Below the pieces are notes generated by a model. It searched no databases. It was given only the letters and a program-made list of their open reading frames with translations, and was not told where the DNA came from. Below are positions 10,571 through 20,721 of a stretch of 64,000 nt of DNA, piece by piece (the stretch's first letter is position 1; each line of letters begins with the position of its first letter). Where the stretch lies: contig JANQGZ010000013.1 in assembly GCA_028282825.1 (NCBI GenBank), positions 35,586 to 99,585 of the forward strand, read 5' to 3'. The DNA is from SAR324 cluster bacterium (GTDB lineage: Bacteria > SAR324 > XYD2-FULL-50-16). The position numbers and the translations under genes are program-made.

Positions 10571-11614
10571 TTACCACCAGTTTAAAACATCTTCTGCAAA
10601 TCCAAGAAAATCTTCCACTTGTAATTCTGTTCCGTCATCCAAAACAGCTTTCCCTGTAAAATGACCAAATACCTGATGCTGGACTGAACGAATCAACTTA
10701 AAGTCGGTATTGGAATCCCTGTCCAATAATGGTGTAAATGTCATCTCGAATCGGCTGTCATTACTGGTAAATGTCCAGGGTTGGAGGTAATCATTTTCAT
10801 CGAACTTAAAGATCACTTCATCCAATTTATGTGCTTGTCCTTTATAGAACAGCATATTCTCTGAGGCCACTGATCTGTCGCTGAAACCATATCCCAGATT
10901 CCAGCCAAAAGATTCTCCTTCCAACAATCCGGATGCCGAACTCCAATACCAGCGATTTTTATAGGTCCAATTCCCCCTGCCCCAATCCAAACCGCCAAAG
11001 CCGGTGTGGGGTGTAAAATCATATTTTTGATCACCAATAATTACCCTGCCTTCTGCCGGCATGCAGTTAATTTTGCGATTATAATAAAATGCCTTGCGAT
11101 TTTCTTTCCAGGAAGTGGCAATGACCATGCTGTCACATTCCGTGCCCTCGGATAGCAGGATTTTGCCGTCCAACCCCTGTTTGCCCTTATTATCTATAAA
11201 GTCCGGGGCTTCAAATGAAAGCAATCTTACCCCTTTGGAGACATCAAAATTTAGTTTGAGCTTTTTGTCTTGATAGGCTGATGTTCCAGCTTCAGATGTG
11301 GCGGGAAGCTTGGTTTTGCCCATGGGTAGGAGAGAAAGAGTATCCAGCTGGGTAAACGTTTTCTTTTGGAAATCCAACCAGCAGATTGCTGATAAACCAA
11401 TATAACCGAGATCTGCAATGGTGAAGGTGATTCCGTAGCCCCTGTCTGGCGCCAGAATGTAATAATAATCCCATTCCTTGATACGATGCCAGGCTGCTTT
11501 TATGCGTTTGCGACTGTAACGCCAGTATGGTTTGGTTGCGTACCCCGGATGTACGATATGTCCATTATTATCCAGCAAATCGCATGGTTCGGTTATCCTG
11601 TTCTGCTGTCCCAC
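10571..11614 (-). CDS. DUF2804-like protein
   Basis: KEWDYY, DLGY, LDWGRG, WYWSSASG, ENMLF and HQVFGHF motifs; ends in W. Confidence 0.75.
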   Translation of the reverse strand: MGQQNRITEPCDLLDNNGHIVHPGYATKPYWRYSRKRIKAAWHRIKEWDYYYILAPDRGYGITFTIADLGYIGLSAICWLDFQKKTFTQLDTLSLLPMGKTKLPATSEAGTSAYQDKKLKLNFDVSKGVRLLSFEAPDFIDNKGKQGLDGKILLSEGTECDSMVIATSWKENRKAFYYNRKINCMPAEGRVIIGDQKYDFTPHTGFGGLDWGRGNWTYKNRWYWSSASGLLEGESFGWNLGYGFSDRSVASENMLFYKGQAHKLDEVIFKFDENDYLQPWTFTSNDSRFEMTFTPLLDRDSNTDFKLIRSVQHQVFGHFTGKAVLDDGTELQVEDFLGFAEDVLNWW

Positions 11615-11971
11615 GCTATCTCCTTATTTTGTGAATAGACTCAATGGATCAGTGTATACTCATCTTTGACGCATAAAAAAGCAATAAAACCAGGACAATT
11701 CAAAATTGCGCCAAACCGCTTATTATAAACTCGGATAACGCGATATTAATTAACGCAATGATACTACTACACGATTGAGTATGCTAGCAAGTTGGAAGAG
11801 AGTCAAGGTGCAGTGGGAGCTTAGCCCAAAATCAATGTTGTGTTACCTGGTCTTAATTCAAGAACGTGAAAATAAAAAATCAAAAGCTTTTAAAATGAGA
11901 AATGGATCTTTTAGGTGGGTAACCTGGAGCTGCGGTTCGCCCCAGGTTGGAACAATTGAAGTTAAATTCGA

Positions 11972-13696
11972 TTAAGTTGCCAATTTTTGACCTCTAAGCC
12001 GCTTTATCCAGATACCACTTAACAGGTAGGCGTATAACCAGGTTCCGACGATGACAATAACGAACACCTTGGCTATATCAGTTACATCACCATCAAGTGA
12101 GAATGCAGGAACATATCCAAAGAGAAATGGTCCCAGATATAAAAATTTTGCAAATTTAAATGAGGTAAAAGCGGTTTTCCACATATTCGCCCCCGCAATA
12201 GTTGCACCGGCAAAGGCCGCGATACAGACGGGCGGAGTGATGTTTGAATCCTGGGATAGCCAGTAGACGATCATATGAGCTGCAATTTCATTCACTCCAA
12301 GATGCAATAGCGCAGGGACAGCAACCACTGCAGTAATCAGGTAAGCTGCGGTAACCGGAACTCCCATACCCAGAATCAGGGAAGCAAGTGCGATGAAAAG
12401 AATTGTCATCCATAAACGACCGGCAGCCAGTTCAATAACAATATCGGCAAAGGTCAGTATCAAACCGCTGAATGTCAAGACACCGATAATGATTCCGATT
12501 ACGCCGACCGTCGCACCGATTGTTAAACTATTCTCAGTTCCGGCCCTGGCTGCTTCCACAAATCGTTTGAAACCAATTCGGGTGTCTTTTCTCACCCAAC
12601 TCACAACCAGACAAGTGAATAATCCAATGATAGCGGAATAGGCAGGGGAATATCCATAAAGCATCAGGATGGTAATCACAACCAGCGGCATGGTATAATA
12701 CCATTGTTTTTTAAGTATTTCCTTTGCGCTATGTTCGCTTTTTTCCCCTTTAACGTTGTGAATTTTAGCTTCAAAATGAACCATCAGAAAAACACTGAAA
12801 ACATACATCAAGGCTGGGAAGATAGCGACCAGCATGATCTGGGAATAGGGAACACCTGTTAATTCCGCCATGATAAATCCACCAGCTCCCATAATTGGAG
12901 GCATGAACATCCCTGAAATTGAAGCTGCGGGTTCTATACCTCCGGCCACGTGTGGTCTAAAACCGGCTCGCTTCATCATGGGAATTGTGAATGCCCCGGT
13001 AGACACCGTGTTTGCAATGGCACTACCGGAAATCGAACCAAACAAACCACTGGCGATTACGGCTACCTTACCCGGTCCGCCAACCCTATGACCAACCGCT
13101 GCCAACGGGAAGTCAATGAAAAAGCGCTGGGCTCCCGATTTTTCCAGAAAAGCTCCAAACAAAACAAATAAGATGACGTAGGTTGCCAAAACATTGGCCA
13201 TGATTCCAAATACCCCGTCGCTTTTATAAAAGATGCTGGTGCACAACTCCATAAACGGTGCGCCGGCATGTGAGATAATCTCCGGCATATAATCACCGTA
13301 GACACCAAAAAAGAGAAGAACGATACCCATAATTACAAAGACATTCCCCACGACCCGGCGAGCCAGCTCGATTCCTATCAACACTCCGATCACAGCGATA
13401 TATTGATCCAGTAGCGTTTCAGCGCCAGTCCGATAATTAATGGCTTCAAAATTCCATATCCAATAACCGATACTGACAATTGATGCCACCAGTAATATAT
13501 AATCAAGTATTCTGAATATCAGGTATTTGGACTTGTAGGACATAAAAATGAGGACATAGGTAATGATCACATAAATACCGCGATGATACTGCGTTGAAGC
13601 CGGTTGCAGTACTGCAGAGTAGGAATAAAATAAAATCAGAAACACAGACAGTACATCAAAAACTACCTGCTCGACTCGATTTAATTGTTTGTACAC
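11972..13696 (-). CDS. TAXI-TRAP fused permease (4TM/12TM, DctQM-like)
   Basis: Polytopic membrane protein with GSISGSAIAN, MPPIMGAGGF, LGMGVP and ITPPV motifs. Confidence 0.92.
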   Translation of the reverse strand: MYKQLNRVEQVVFDVLSVFLILFYSYSAVLQPASTQYHRGIYVIITYVLIFMSYKSKYLIFRILDYILLVASIVSIGYWIWNFEAINYRTGAETLLDQYIAVIGVLIGIELARRVVGNVFVIMGIVLLFFGVYGDYMPEIISHAGAPFMELCTSIFYKSDGVFGIMANVLATYVILFVLFGAFLEKSGAQRFFIDFPLAAVGHRVGGPGKVAVIASGLFGSISGSAIANTVSTGAFTIPMMKRAGFRPHVAGGIEPAASISGMFMPPIMGAGGFIMAELTGVPYSQIMLVAIFPALMYVFSVFLMVHFEAKIHNVKGEKSEHSAKEILKKQWYYTMPLVVITILMLYGYSPAYSAIIGLFTCLVVSWVRKDTRIGFKRFVEAARAGTENSLTIGATVGVIGIIIGVLTFSGLILTFADIVIELAAGRLWMTILFIALASLILGMGVPVTAAYLITAVVAVPALLHLGVNEIAAHMIVYWLSQDSNITPPVCIAAFAGATIAGANMWKTAFTSFKFAKFLYLGPFLFGYVPAFSLDGDVTDIAKVFVIVIVGTWLYAYLLSGIWIKRLRGQKLAT

Positions 13697-13947
13697 GGCG
13701 AACTACCTTGAAAAAATTGCATTGAGGAATTGGAAACAAAACACTTTGCTGCTTGATTCATTCGCATAAAAACATCAGCAATTTGTTAAGATCGATTGAT
13801 GTTTTAGATGGGAATACTTGCAGAAAATAACTACCATTTCGAACGCTTCGTGAGGCATACTCAAGAAATGGGTATACTTCATGAGCCGCTCGAAAATCGA
13901 TTGAAATAAATGAGCTAGGAAATCTTAAAATCGATAGTAACGTTAAA

Positions 13948-13978
13948 CCGCGGGATGAAAATACTATCGATCCCGCGG
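13948..13978. repeat. GC-rich intercistronic stem-loop
   Basis: CCGCGGGAT (13948-13956) pairs with ATCCCGCGG (13970-13978). Confidence 0.75.
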
Positions 13979-14096
13979 GTGTTTTTACTCAAACATAAGT
14001 ATCGGCATTGTATCAACCCCTTTTCCTGATCCGTCTAATAGAACCAGGTTATTGGAAGTTGAACCTGCTTTCATATTATACTTTCACTCTTACTAA

Positions 14097-15074
14097 TTAA
14101 AGCATGCCTTTTTCTTTCCAGAATCTTTCCGCTCCCGGATGAAAAGGAGTGATAATAAACTTGGAACCGGTTTCAAGGCTCATATTTTTAAAAGTCTTTT
14201 TCTGACCATGCATGTGCTTGATACCTTCGTCGGAGTAAACTTTTGAGAGCAAGTCATAAACAACATCAGCATCAACTTTCGAATTCGCTACCCAAAGAGC
14301 ACTATCCTGAAATGAGGGAGAATCGGAATTCACACCCCTATAAGTTCCGGCTGGTATTTCAAGTTGTCCAAAATAAGGATATTTTTTGAAGAAACCGGAA
14401 CTCTTTGCGTCCGCGGCTAAGTCGAGCAAAGCAATGTCATTTGTCTGCGCAGCCATGATAACTGCTCCACTTGGGAAAGCTGTGAAGAGCCAGAAGGCAT
14501 CCAATTGGTTGTTACCGAACGCCGCAGCCGCATCATTGTATCCCATGGCGTTTCTTTCAATTTTATCCCAAACTCCCATATGGGTGAAAAAGAGTTGACA
14601 GTTTGCAAACGCACCGGAACCTGCATTTCCAACACCAACTTTTTTACCAGCCAGATCTTTCACACTTTTGATACCCGAGTCTTTTTTTACTACCAATTGA
14701 GCCGGGGCACCATACAGCCATGCTACAGCAAGCACATCCGTATACTTTCTAGTATCTTTTGCCAGTAAGCCATTTCTAGCCTGCCAAACTATTCCGGAGT
14801 ACGTTGTACTGAAATGCTGACGACCTGAATTTGTCTTTCTCAAATTTTCTGTAGCTCCACCTGAAGTCTGAGCTTTCACAGAATACATTTTAGATTCTTT
14901 CACAGACTTCATCACCTGGATTCCATTTGCTACAACCTGGAAAGTTCCACCAGCAGGGCCACCACCAAAGACAATTCTTTTCTTTCTGGCAAAAGCATCT
15001 GAAGTAACCATAACTACGCAAATCGCAGCAATGATCAGTCCGCTGAAAAGACGTGTTAAGTTTCTTTTGTTCAT
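14097..15074 (-). CDS. TAXI family TRAP substrate-binding protein
   Basis: Signal peptide plus GGGPAGGTF, SGGATEN, VGNAGSG, IPAGTY and PFHPGAERFW motifs. Confidence 0.92.
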   Translation of the reverse strand: MNKRNLTRLFSGLIIAAICVVMVTSDAFARKKRIVFGGGPAGGTFQVVANGIQVMKSVKESKMYSVKAQTSGGATENLRKTNSGRQHFSTTYSGIVWQARNGLLAKDTRKYTDVLAVAWLYGAPAQLVVKKDSGIKSVKDLAGKKVGVGNAGSGAFANCQLFFTHMGVWDKIERNAMGYNDAAAAFGNNQLDAFWLFTAFPSGAVIMAAQTNDIALLDLAADAKSSGFFKKYPYFGQLEIPAGTYRGVNSDSPSFQDSALWVANSKVDADVVYDLLSKVYSDEGIKHMHGQKKTFKNMSLETGSKFIITPFHPGAERFWKEKGML

Positions 15075-15413
15075 GGGAATATCTCCTTATTTTAATTTCA
15101 TTATAACCAAAAACAGTTTTGAAGCGTTTGAAGTAAGTGATAAGGTTACAATTAGGAAACATCAATTGATTTCACTACAATTAATATATATATGAAATCA
15201 ACTGTAATTACCTGAAATTTAAACACTTCCTTCTAGGCAAATCGGATTTGATACCTTAACAAAAATTAAAACAGGCTTATTATTGCACGAGTTTCATTTG
15301 ACTGAAAGAAGCGATTGCATTCTTCAATAAAACCACTGTTTTCAGCCTGTTTTATAACCATCCAAATCCGGAAAAATGGTGTTGGTTCTTTGGTATTTTT
15401 TGGGTAAAAGCGA

Positions 15414-16400
15414 TCAGTTCCTCTGTTGGTTTGCCGCGATCTCTAGTTGAATGCCATGCTCACTCCAAAATTTTTCTGCTCCTTTATGCAGCGGAGTCAG
15501 TATTCCGGTAAGCCCATCTTCAATAGACATCTGACTTGCAGTGGACTTGATTCGTCTTAAATAGGTTAATCCTTCCCTTGTGAAAATTTCTTTTAGCGCC
15601 TTGTAGACAATATCATCTCGTACCCCTTTTCTGGCTATCCATAAAGCTGAATCGAAAAACGAGGCTGTTGCATGAGTAACGCCTTCATAAGTATTAGCCG
15701 GGATAAAAATTGGCTGATAAAACGGCAATTTTTCACTTAATCCATGATGAGTCGCAATGGGATAAACATGCAGCAATTCAATATCATGTGTGGTTGAAAG
15801 CTCAATTATTGCACGAGTAGGATATCCGGCTAAAATCCACATGGCGTCTATCTTCCCGGTTTTCATGGCATTTGCTGCGTTGGTATATCCCAGGTAGTGC
15901 CTGTCAATTTGGTTCCAGAGCCCCACCAGCTTGAGAAAACGCTCAGCCGATGCTGCCGCTCCGGAACCTGCTGCCCCTAGCGCAACTCTCCTTCCTTTTA
16001 GTTGTGGTACGTTCGAAATTCCACTGTCTTTTCTCACTGTTAACTGAGCCGGAGCCTTGTATAGAAATGCAACAGCACGAATATTTTGGTATTTTTTGTT
16101 GTCGTTAGTAATGTTTCCGCTACTGGCGAGATAAAGATCACCGGAATAGGCAATACCAAAATCCGCCGTTCCTTTGTCCACTTTGCGAATATTCTCCACG
16201 CTTCCTTTGGAAGACTGGTTGGATACTCTCAAGTCGGCAATGTTTTTTGATAGCCTCAAAGCAATTCCGTTTGAGAAATACTGAAAAGTCCCTCCGCTTG
16301 GTCCCCCTGTAAATTTCAGAAAATCCTTGGCCATACAGACCGATGATGCAGCTAAAATCGAAAAAAGAGTTGTAAGAGTAATTAGAAATAATCGAGACAT
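15414..16400 (-). CDS. Second TAXI family substrate-binding protein
   Basis: Signal peptide plus GGPSGGTF, SKGSVEN, GAAGSG, IPANTY and PLHKGAEKFW motifs. Confidence 0.9.
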   Translation of the reverse strand: MSRLFLITLTTLFSILAASSVCMAKDFLKFTGGPSGGTFQYFSNGIALRLSKNIADLRVSNQSSKGSVENIRKVDKGTADFGIAYSGDLYLASSGNITNDNKKYQNIRAVAFLYKAPAQLTVRKDSGISNVPQLKGRRVALGAAGSGAAASAERFLKLVGLWNQIDRHYLGYTNAANAMKTGKIDAMWILAGYPTRAIIELSTTHDIELLHVYPIATHHGLSEKLPFYQPIFIPANTYEGVTHATASFFDSALWIARKGVRDDIVYKALKEIFTREGLTYLRRIKSTASQMSIEDGLTGILTPLHKGAEKFWSEHGIQLEIAANQQRN

Positions 16401-16745
16401 TCGAGTTTCAGTTTCAACTTTGATATCGGCTTAACAAAGAATGGATTTTGGTGATTTTAGACTAAAACCTTTGGTATTTAGTTTTTTAAGGTAGGACATT
16501 CTACGTAAAAACTTTGCCTTAACGTCAACAATTTCCTCTTTATTTTCATTGATTTAATAAATTTGTTTAATGTCATTTTACAAATAAATATCATAAAAAT
16601 CACAACAAGGCTTAGTTTGTTGTTTTTACATCAATTTAATTGATATTTGTGGTTGGATGAAAGGCAGGAGATAGGAATTTAAAGGGTTACTCCACTCTGC
16701 GGAAAAAACGCTTGAATTCGTGAGTTATCAAGTTTTATCGGTTTA

Positions 16746-17429
16746 TTACGTTTTAGAATATTTATGTTCCGGGCGTCCTTGAGAGCCGTAAGTAAGTTCC
16801 TTTTTAATCAAGTCGCTTTCAGCAAGATAACGAAGATATCGTTGAACAGTGGCCAAAGAAAGTCCTGTTGCCTTTGTTATTTCCTCAGCACTTCTGGCAT
16901 AAGGATTATTGTCAAAGCAGTGCAGTACCTTCTTCATAGTCAATTCCTGCATTCCTTTTGGAAGTTTGCGAGAATTTCCGAAACTGGCAACACTTCGGTG
17001 AAGCAGCTGATCCAGCTCATTTTGTTCCAGTTCTTCTCTTTCAAATGTCTCCCTGACCTGCTTGAATCGATTCAAGGCCACCTGAAATCTCTCCAGGGCG
17101 CAAGGCTTTATAATATAGTCTATAACTCCCATGCGCACAACTCGCTGTACTATTTTTGATTCTTTTGCAGCAGTAATAGCAATGACATCAAGCGCCAAGC
17201 CTTGTTTTCTGACTTCTCGCAATAACTCCACACCATCGACGTCCGGCATGTAGACATCCATTATCATCAAATCTGTGAACTCTTTCTGAAGGCTTTCCAA
17301 GGCTTCTGCACCGCTCTTCGCTGTCCCTGTGACTGAAAACTCAGGTAGTGTCAGGGTAAATTCTTTCCAGATATTGGCGACTCTGAAGTCATCTTCGACA
17401 ATCAATACTCTGTAATTGCTCATTATCAA
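16746..17429 (-). CDS. CitB/DcuR/MalR-type response regulator
   Basis: Receiver domain (VEDD, DVYMPD, YIIKP), LPKG linker, and HTH with RYLRYL...YGSQGRP. Confidence 0.92.
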   Translation of the reverse strand: MIMSNYRVLIVEDDFRVANIWKEFTLTLPEFSVTGTAKSGAEALESLQKEFTDLMIMDVYMPDVDGVELLREVRKQGLALDVIAITAAKESKIVQRVVRMGVIDYIIKPCALERFQVALNRFKQVRETFEREELEQNELDQLLHRSVASFGNSRKLPKGMQELTMKKVLHCFDNNPYARSAEEITKATGLSLATVQRYLRYLAESDLIKKELTYGSQGRPEHKYSKT

Positions 17430-17432
17430 GCT

Positions 17433-19325
17433 TTATTCAGGTTGTTTAGGAATGGTTACTTCAAACATAGTACCGTTTTCACATTTGTACTGTATCATGC
17501 CCCCCATACTGATAATATGGTTTTTTGTGATGTATAAACCCATACCAATATGTTTTTCACCCAGTTCACCGAGTTCTGAAGTGTCAACAGCGTATTGTCC
17601 TTTTTTTGTAGTAAAACCCTGTTCGAAAATTCTACCGGAGATGCTGTGTGAAATTCCGGGTCCGTTATCTTCAACAGAAAAATAGAAAGAATCAGGATAT
17701 TCTTTTACAGCCACTCGAATCTCCTTATCGCTTCGCTTCAATTCGCGCACTGCGTCCATGGCATTCTGCACCAGGTTTCCAATGATGCTGACAATTCCAT
17801 TTCGGTCGATGTAATCCGGCAGGACAGTTAATTGGGATTCTTCGGCCAATGAAAGAGATATACCGAGCTCATTGGCCCTGTTGAACTTACCCAGTAAGAT
17901 AGCTGAAACCGCAGGATCTCCAATGTTTTCCAGATATAAGGAAATTCGTTGCTCATGCGAGACCTGCAGGGACTGTATGAATGAAAGGACCTCTTCCGTT
18001 TTACCCAACTGAACCATTCCCTGGATGGTTTGCAATCTGTTCTTAAATTCGTGATTGTTGGCACGCAAGGCATCAATATAGGTATTTACATGAGTCAACT
18101 CACTGGCTAATCGTGACAATTCTTCTTTTTTTCTGAAACAGACAATACCGCCAATCGTATCGTTTCTATACATGACGGGAATTCGTGTCGTCAAAACAGT
18201 GATTTTTCCTCTTTGTTGCTCCTGATCGTAATGAGCCTCACCGCTTTTCATTACCTCAGGCAGTTTCGAGTTTGGGAACAACTCAAGGATATGTTTTCCC
18301 AGGTAGTCTTTCCTCAACCCCAAAAGATCTTTTGCTCGTTGATTAATCAGGGTTACTTTTGCTTCTCTGTTTACCGCGACTATTCCATCCCGAATGGCCT
18401 CCAATATGGCAGCCAACTCCAAATTCAACTTGGACAGATCGAGCGCTTCTGCTCCAAAAACAAATACCACCAATAGACCGGCAGAGATAGTGATTGCAGT
18501 TACCAGCAAACTCAAAATCTTCTGCCTTTGCTCCAACCTTTCTGTTATGGCAAATTGCCGCTTGAGCTCTTGCTGTGCAGTATCCACGTTGTCTACAACC
18601 AAAAGCTCGATCATCTCGGCATTGATCTGCATGAGGGGAGTCAGGTCATCAATATTTGCATTTTCAAAATAGAGTCTTACCAGATTATCCTGATATGCCC
18701 TTAATTTCTCCAAGACATCAGGATTTCCAGTTTCCCGGGCATACTCGAAGAATTCGACAAAATAGTTGGATTTGGATTTTTGAGGAAGGATGTCCGATAG
18801 TTCCAAATCCTGACTGTTTTCCAATAATCGCATTTTTAATATCAACTCAATTGGAAATTCTTTCTCAAGATTACTGCGAAGTTCAACCAATTGACCTCGG
18901 ACACTCCCATCGAACACCAGATCTCTTCTCGTAACCGAGTCAACCAATGATTGAAATGTTTCCAAATATACCACAGCTGATTCATTAATCGCCCTGGACA
19001 TTTCGATTTGGTCAAAATCTTTGATTTTTCTTCCCAATCCCTCCAGTTCAAGCGCTTTTTCCCGGAGTAAAGCTACTTTTGCCGTTACCGCTATGGCTAA
19101 ATCCAGATTCATGGACTGGATAAATAAATTCTGGTCCTGTCTGGCTTCAGACATATATTGATAGATGCTGTTCGACAAAATCACGCTATTGGTAAAAAAT
19201 TGAATGTTTTTTTTACCTTCAACCACTTTGGCCAGAGAGTAATAACCATAAATGGCTGCGATAGTCACCGATACCAACAGGGTAATATAACCGGTAATCA
19301 GTTTGGAACGAATGGTAAATTGCAT
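17433..19325 (-). CDS. CitA/DcuS-type sensor histidine kinase
   Basis: Two TM segments, PAS domain, LRANNHEFKNRL H-box, GNLVQNA, DNGPG, GFTTK and GMGL. Confidence 0.9.
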   Translation of the reverse strand: MQFTIRSKLITGYITLLVSVTIAAIYGYYSLAKVVEGKKNIQFFTNSVILSNSIYQYMSEARQDQNLFIQSMNLDLAIAVTAKVALLREKALELEGLGRKIKDFDQIEMSRAINESAVVYLETFQSLVDSVTRRDLVFDGSVRGQLVELRSNLEKEFPIELILKMRLLENSQDLELSDILPQKSKSNYFVEFFEYARETGNPDVLEKLRAYQDNLVRLYFENANIDDLTPLMQINAEMIELLVVDNVDTAQQELKRQFAITERLEQRQKILSLLVTAITISAGLLVVFVFGAEALDLSKLNLELAAILEAIRDGIVAVNREAKVTLINQRAKDLLGLRKDYLGKHILELFPNSKLPEVMKSGEAHYDQEQQRGKITVLTTRIPVMYRNDTIGGIVCFRKKEELSRLASELTHVNTYIDALRANNHEFKNRLQTIQGMVQLGKTEEVLSFIQSLQVSHEQRISLYLENIGDPAVSAILLGKFNRANELGISLSLAEESQLTVLPDYIDRNGIVSIIGNLVQNAMDAVRELKRSDKEIRVAVKEYPDSFYFSVEDNGPGISHSISGRIFEQGFTTKKGQYAVDTSELGELGEKHIGMGLYITKNHIISMGGMIQYKCENGTMFEVTIPKQPE

Positions 19326-19479
19326 AGTCTTTATTTGTCGTCTTGTACGCGTTTCCAGACTCTGTTAATCTTGTTTTTTAATGGCATACTAGTGGAAATC
19401 GTCCTGCAAGGAAAGTCCAAACATAGTCAACAGCGGTTTCCAAAATTGAGATGGGCTTATATGTTAAGAAGGCAAATTC

Positions 19480-20061
19480 ATGTCGAAAATACGGTGTGGT
19501 TGGGTGAAACCGGAAAACGAGTTGTATCTTGATTATCATGACAAAGAATGGGGCGTTCCGGTACACAATGACAAAATTTTATTTGAATTTCTGGTTCTTG
19601 AAAGTTTTCAAGCCGGTTTGAGTTGGGAGCTAATCCTCAAAAAAAGGGAAAACTTTCGAAAAGCATTTGCCAATTTTGAGGTGGAAGAGGTTGCCCGTTT
19701 CCAAGAAAAGAAAATTCTGGAATTGCTGAACGATGCGTCTATTGTCCGTAACAAATTGAAAATCAATGCAACGATTAATAATGCTCAGAAATTTATAGCA
19801 GTACAAGAAGAATTCGGAAGTTTTGATAGATATATCTGGAGATTTATTGATGGAAAACCGATCGTTAATAAATGGAAAACATTAAAACAGGTTCCTGCAA
19901 ACACGGCTCTTTCAGACAAAATAAGCAAGGACTTGAAGCAAAGGGGCTTTAAATTTTTGGGAACTACCGTCGTTTATTCACACCTGCAGGCAACAGGCTT
20001 GATCAACGACCATATTGTTGACTGTTTTAGATATGAAGAAATCATTGCGTCACAAACATAG
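19480..20061 (+). CDS. tag: DNA-3-methyladenine glycosylase I
   Basis: RCGW, YHDKEWG, LESFQAGLSW, RNKLKI and GLINDHIVDC motifs. Confidence 0.95.
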   Translation: MSKIRCGWVKPENELYLDYHDKEWGVPVHNDKILFEFLVLESFQAGLSWELILKKRENFRKAFANFEVEEVARFQEKKILELLNDASIVRNKLKINATINNAQKFIAVQEEFGSFDRYIWRFIDGKPIVNKWKTLKQVPANTALSDKISKDLKQRGFKFLGTTVVYSHLQATGLINDHIVDCFRYEEIIASQT

Positions 20062-20068
20062 TCAGCAG

Positions 20069-20692
20069 TTACTGCTGCCGGATTGAGTCAATAAAGTGGT
20101 CAACAGCGAACTCATACACTTCATAATGATTATCGTTACGAAGAATTGTCGTTTCCAGTTTTTTATACAAAGTCAGGCTGTGGATCATTCCCCAAAACAT
20201 AATGGAACAACGCCGGGAATCGAGGTTTTTGAACACTTTGGTTTCAATACCTTCCCGTATAACCTGCTCTGCCACAATTAAGGTTTTTTCGGCCTGAAAA
20301 TCCACTTTGTCTTTTAATTGAGGCTCAAATAATATTTCGGGATTCGAAATAAAGTAGTTGATGATGAAATAATAGTTTTTGCGCTTCTGACTGAAATCCA
20401 GAAATGAGAGAGCAATCTGTTTTAGCTTTTCCTCCGGGCCCTTGGCATTATTAATAGCCTTTGAAACATGTGACTTGAGAAGATCCAGCCCTTCTTGCTG
20501 CAACGTAATAAACAGATCCTCCTTGTTTTTAAAGTAGGAATACAAGGTGGCTACTCCCAGTTCCGCCTTTTTCGCGATTTGATTCATTGAAGCAGCATTG
20601 ATTCCTTTTTTGTGGAGCAGCTCTCTTGCTGCTTTCAGTATCTGCTCACGCCTCGCTTGTTTTTCCCTTTCCCTTCGTTCTTTGAGCCCCAA
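20069..20692 (-). CDS. TetR/AcrR family regulator
   Basis: N-terminal HTH: IAKKAELGVATLYSYFKNKEDLF. Confidence 0.92.
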   Translation of the reverse strand: MGLKERREREKQARREQILKAARELLHKKGINAASMNQIAKKAELGVATLYSYFKNKEDLFITLQQEGLDLLKSHVSKAINNAKGPEEKLKQIALSFLDFSQKRKNYYFIINYFISNPEILFEPQLKDKVDFQAEKTLIVAEQVIREGIETKVFKNLDSRRCSIMFWGMIHSLTLYKKLETTILRNDNHYEVYEFAVDHFIDSIRQQ

Positions 20693-20721
20693 TATGATCT
20701 CCGAAATGTTATTAAAATCCC

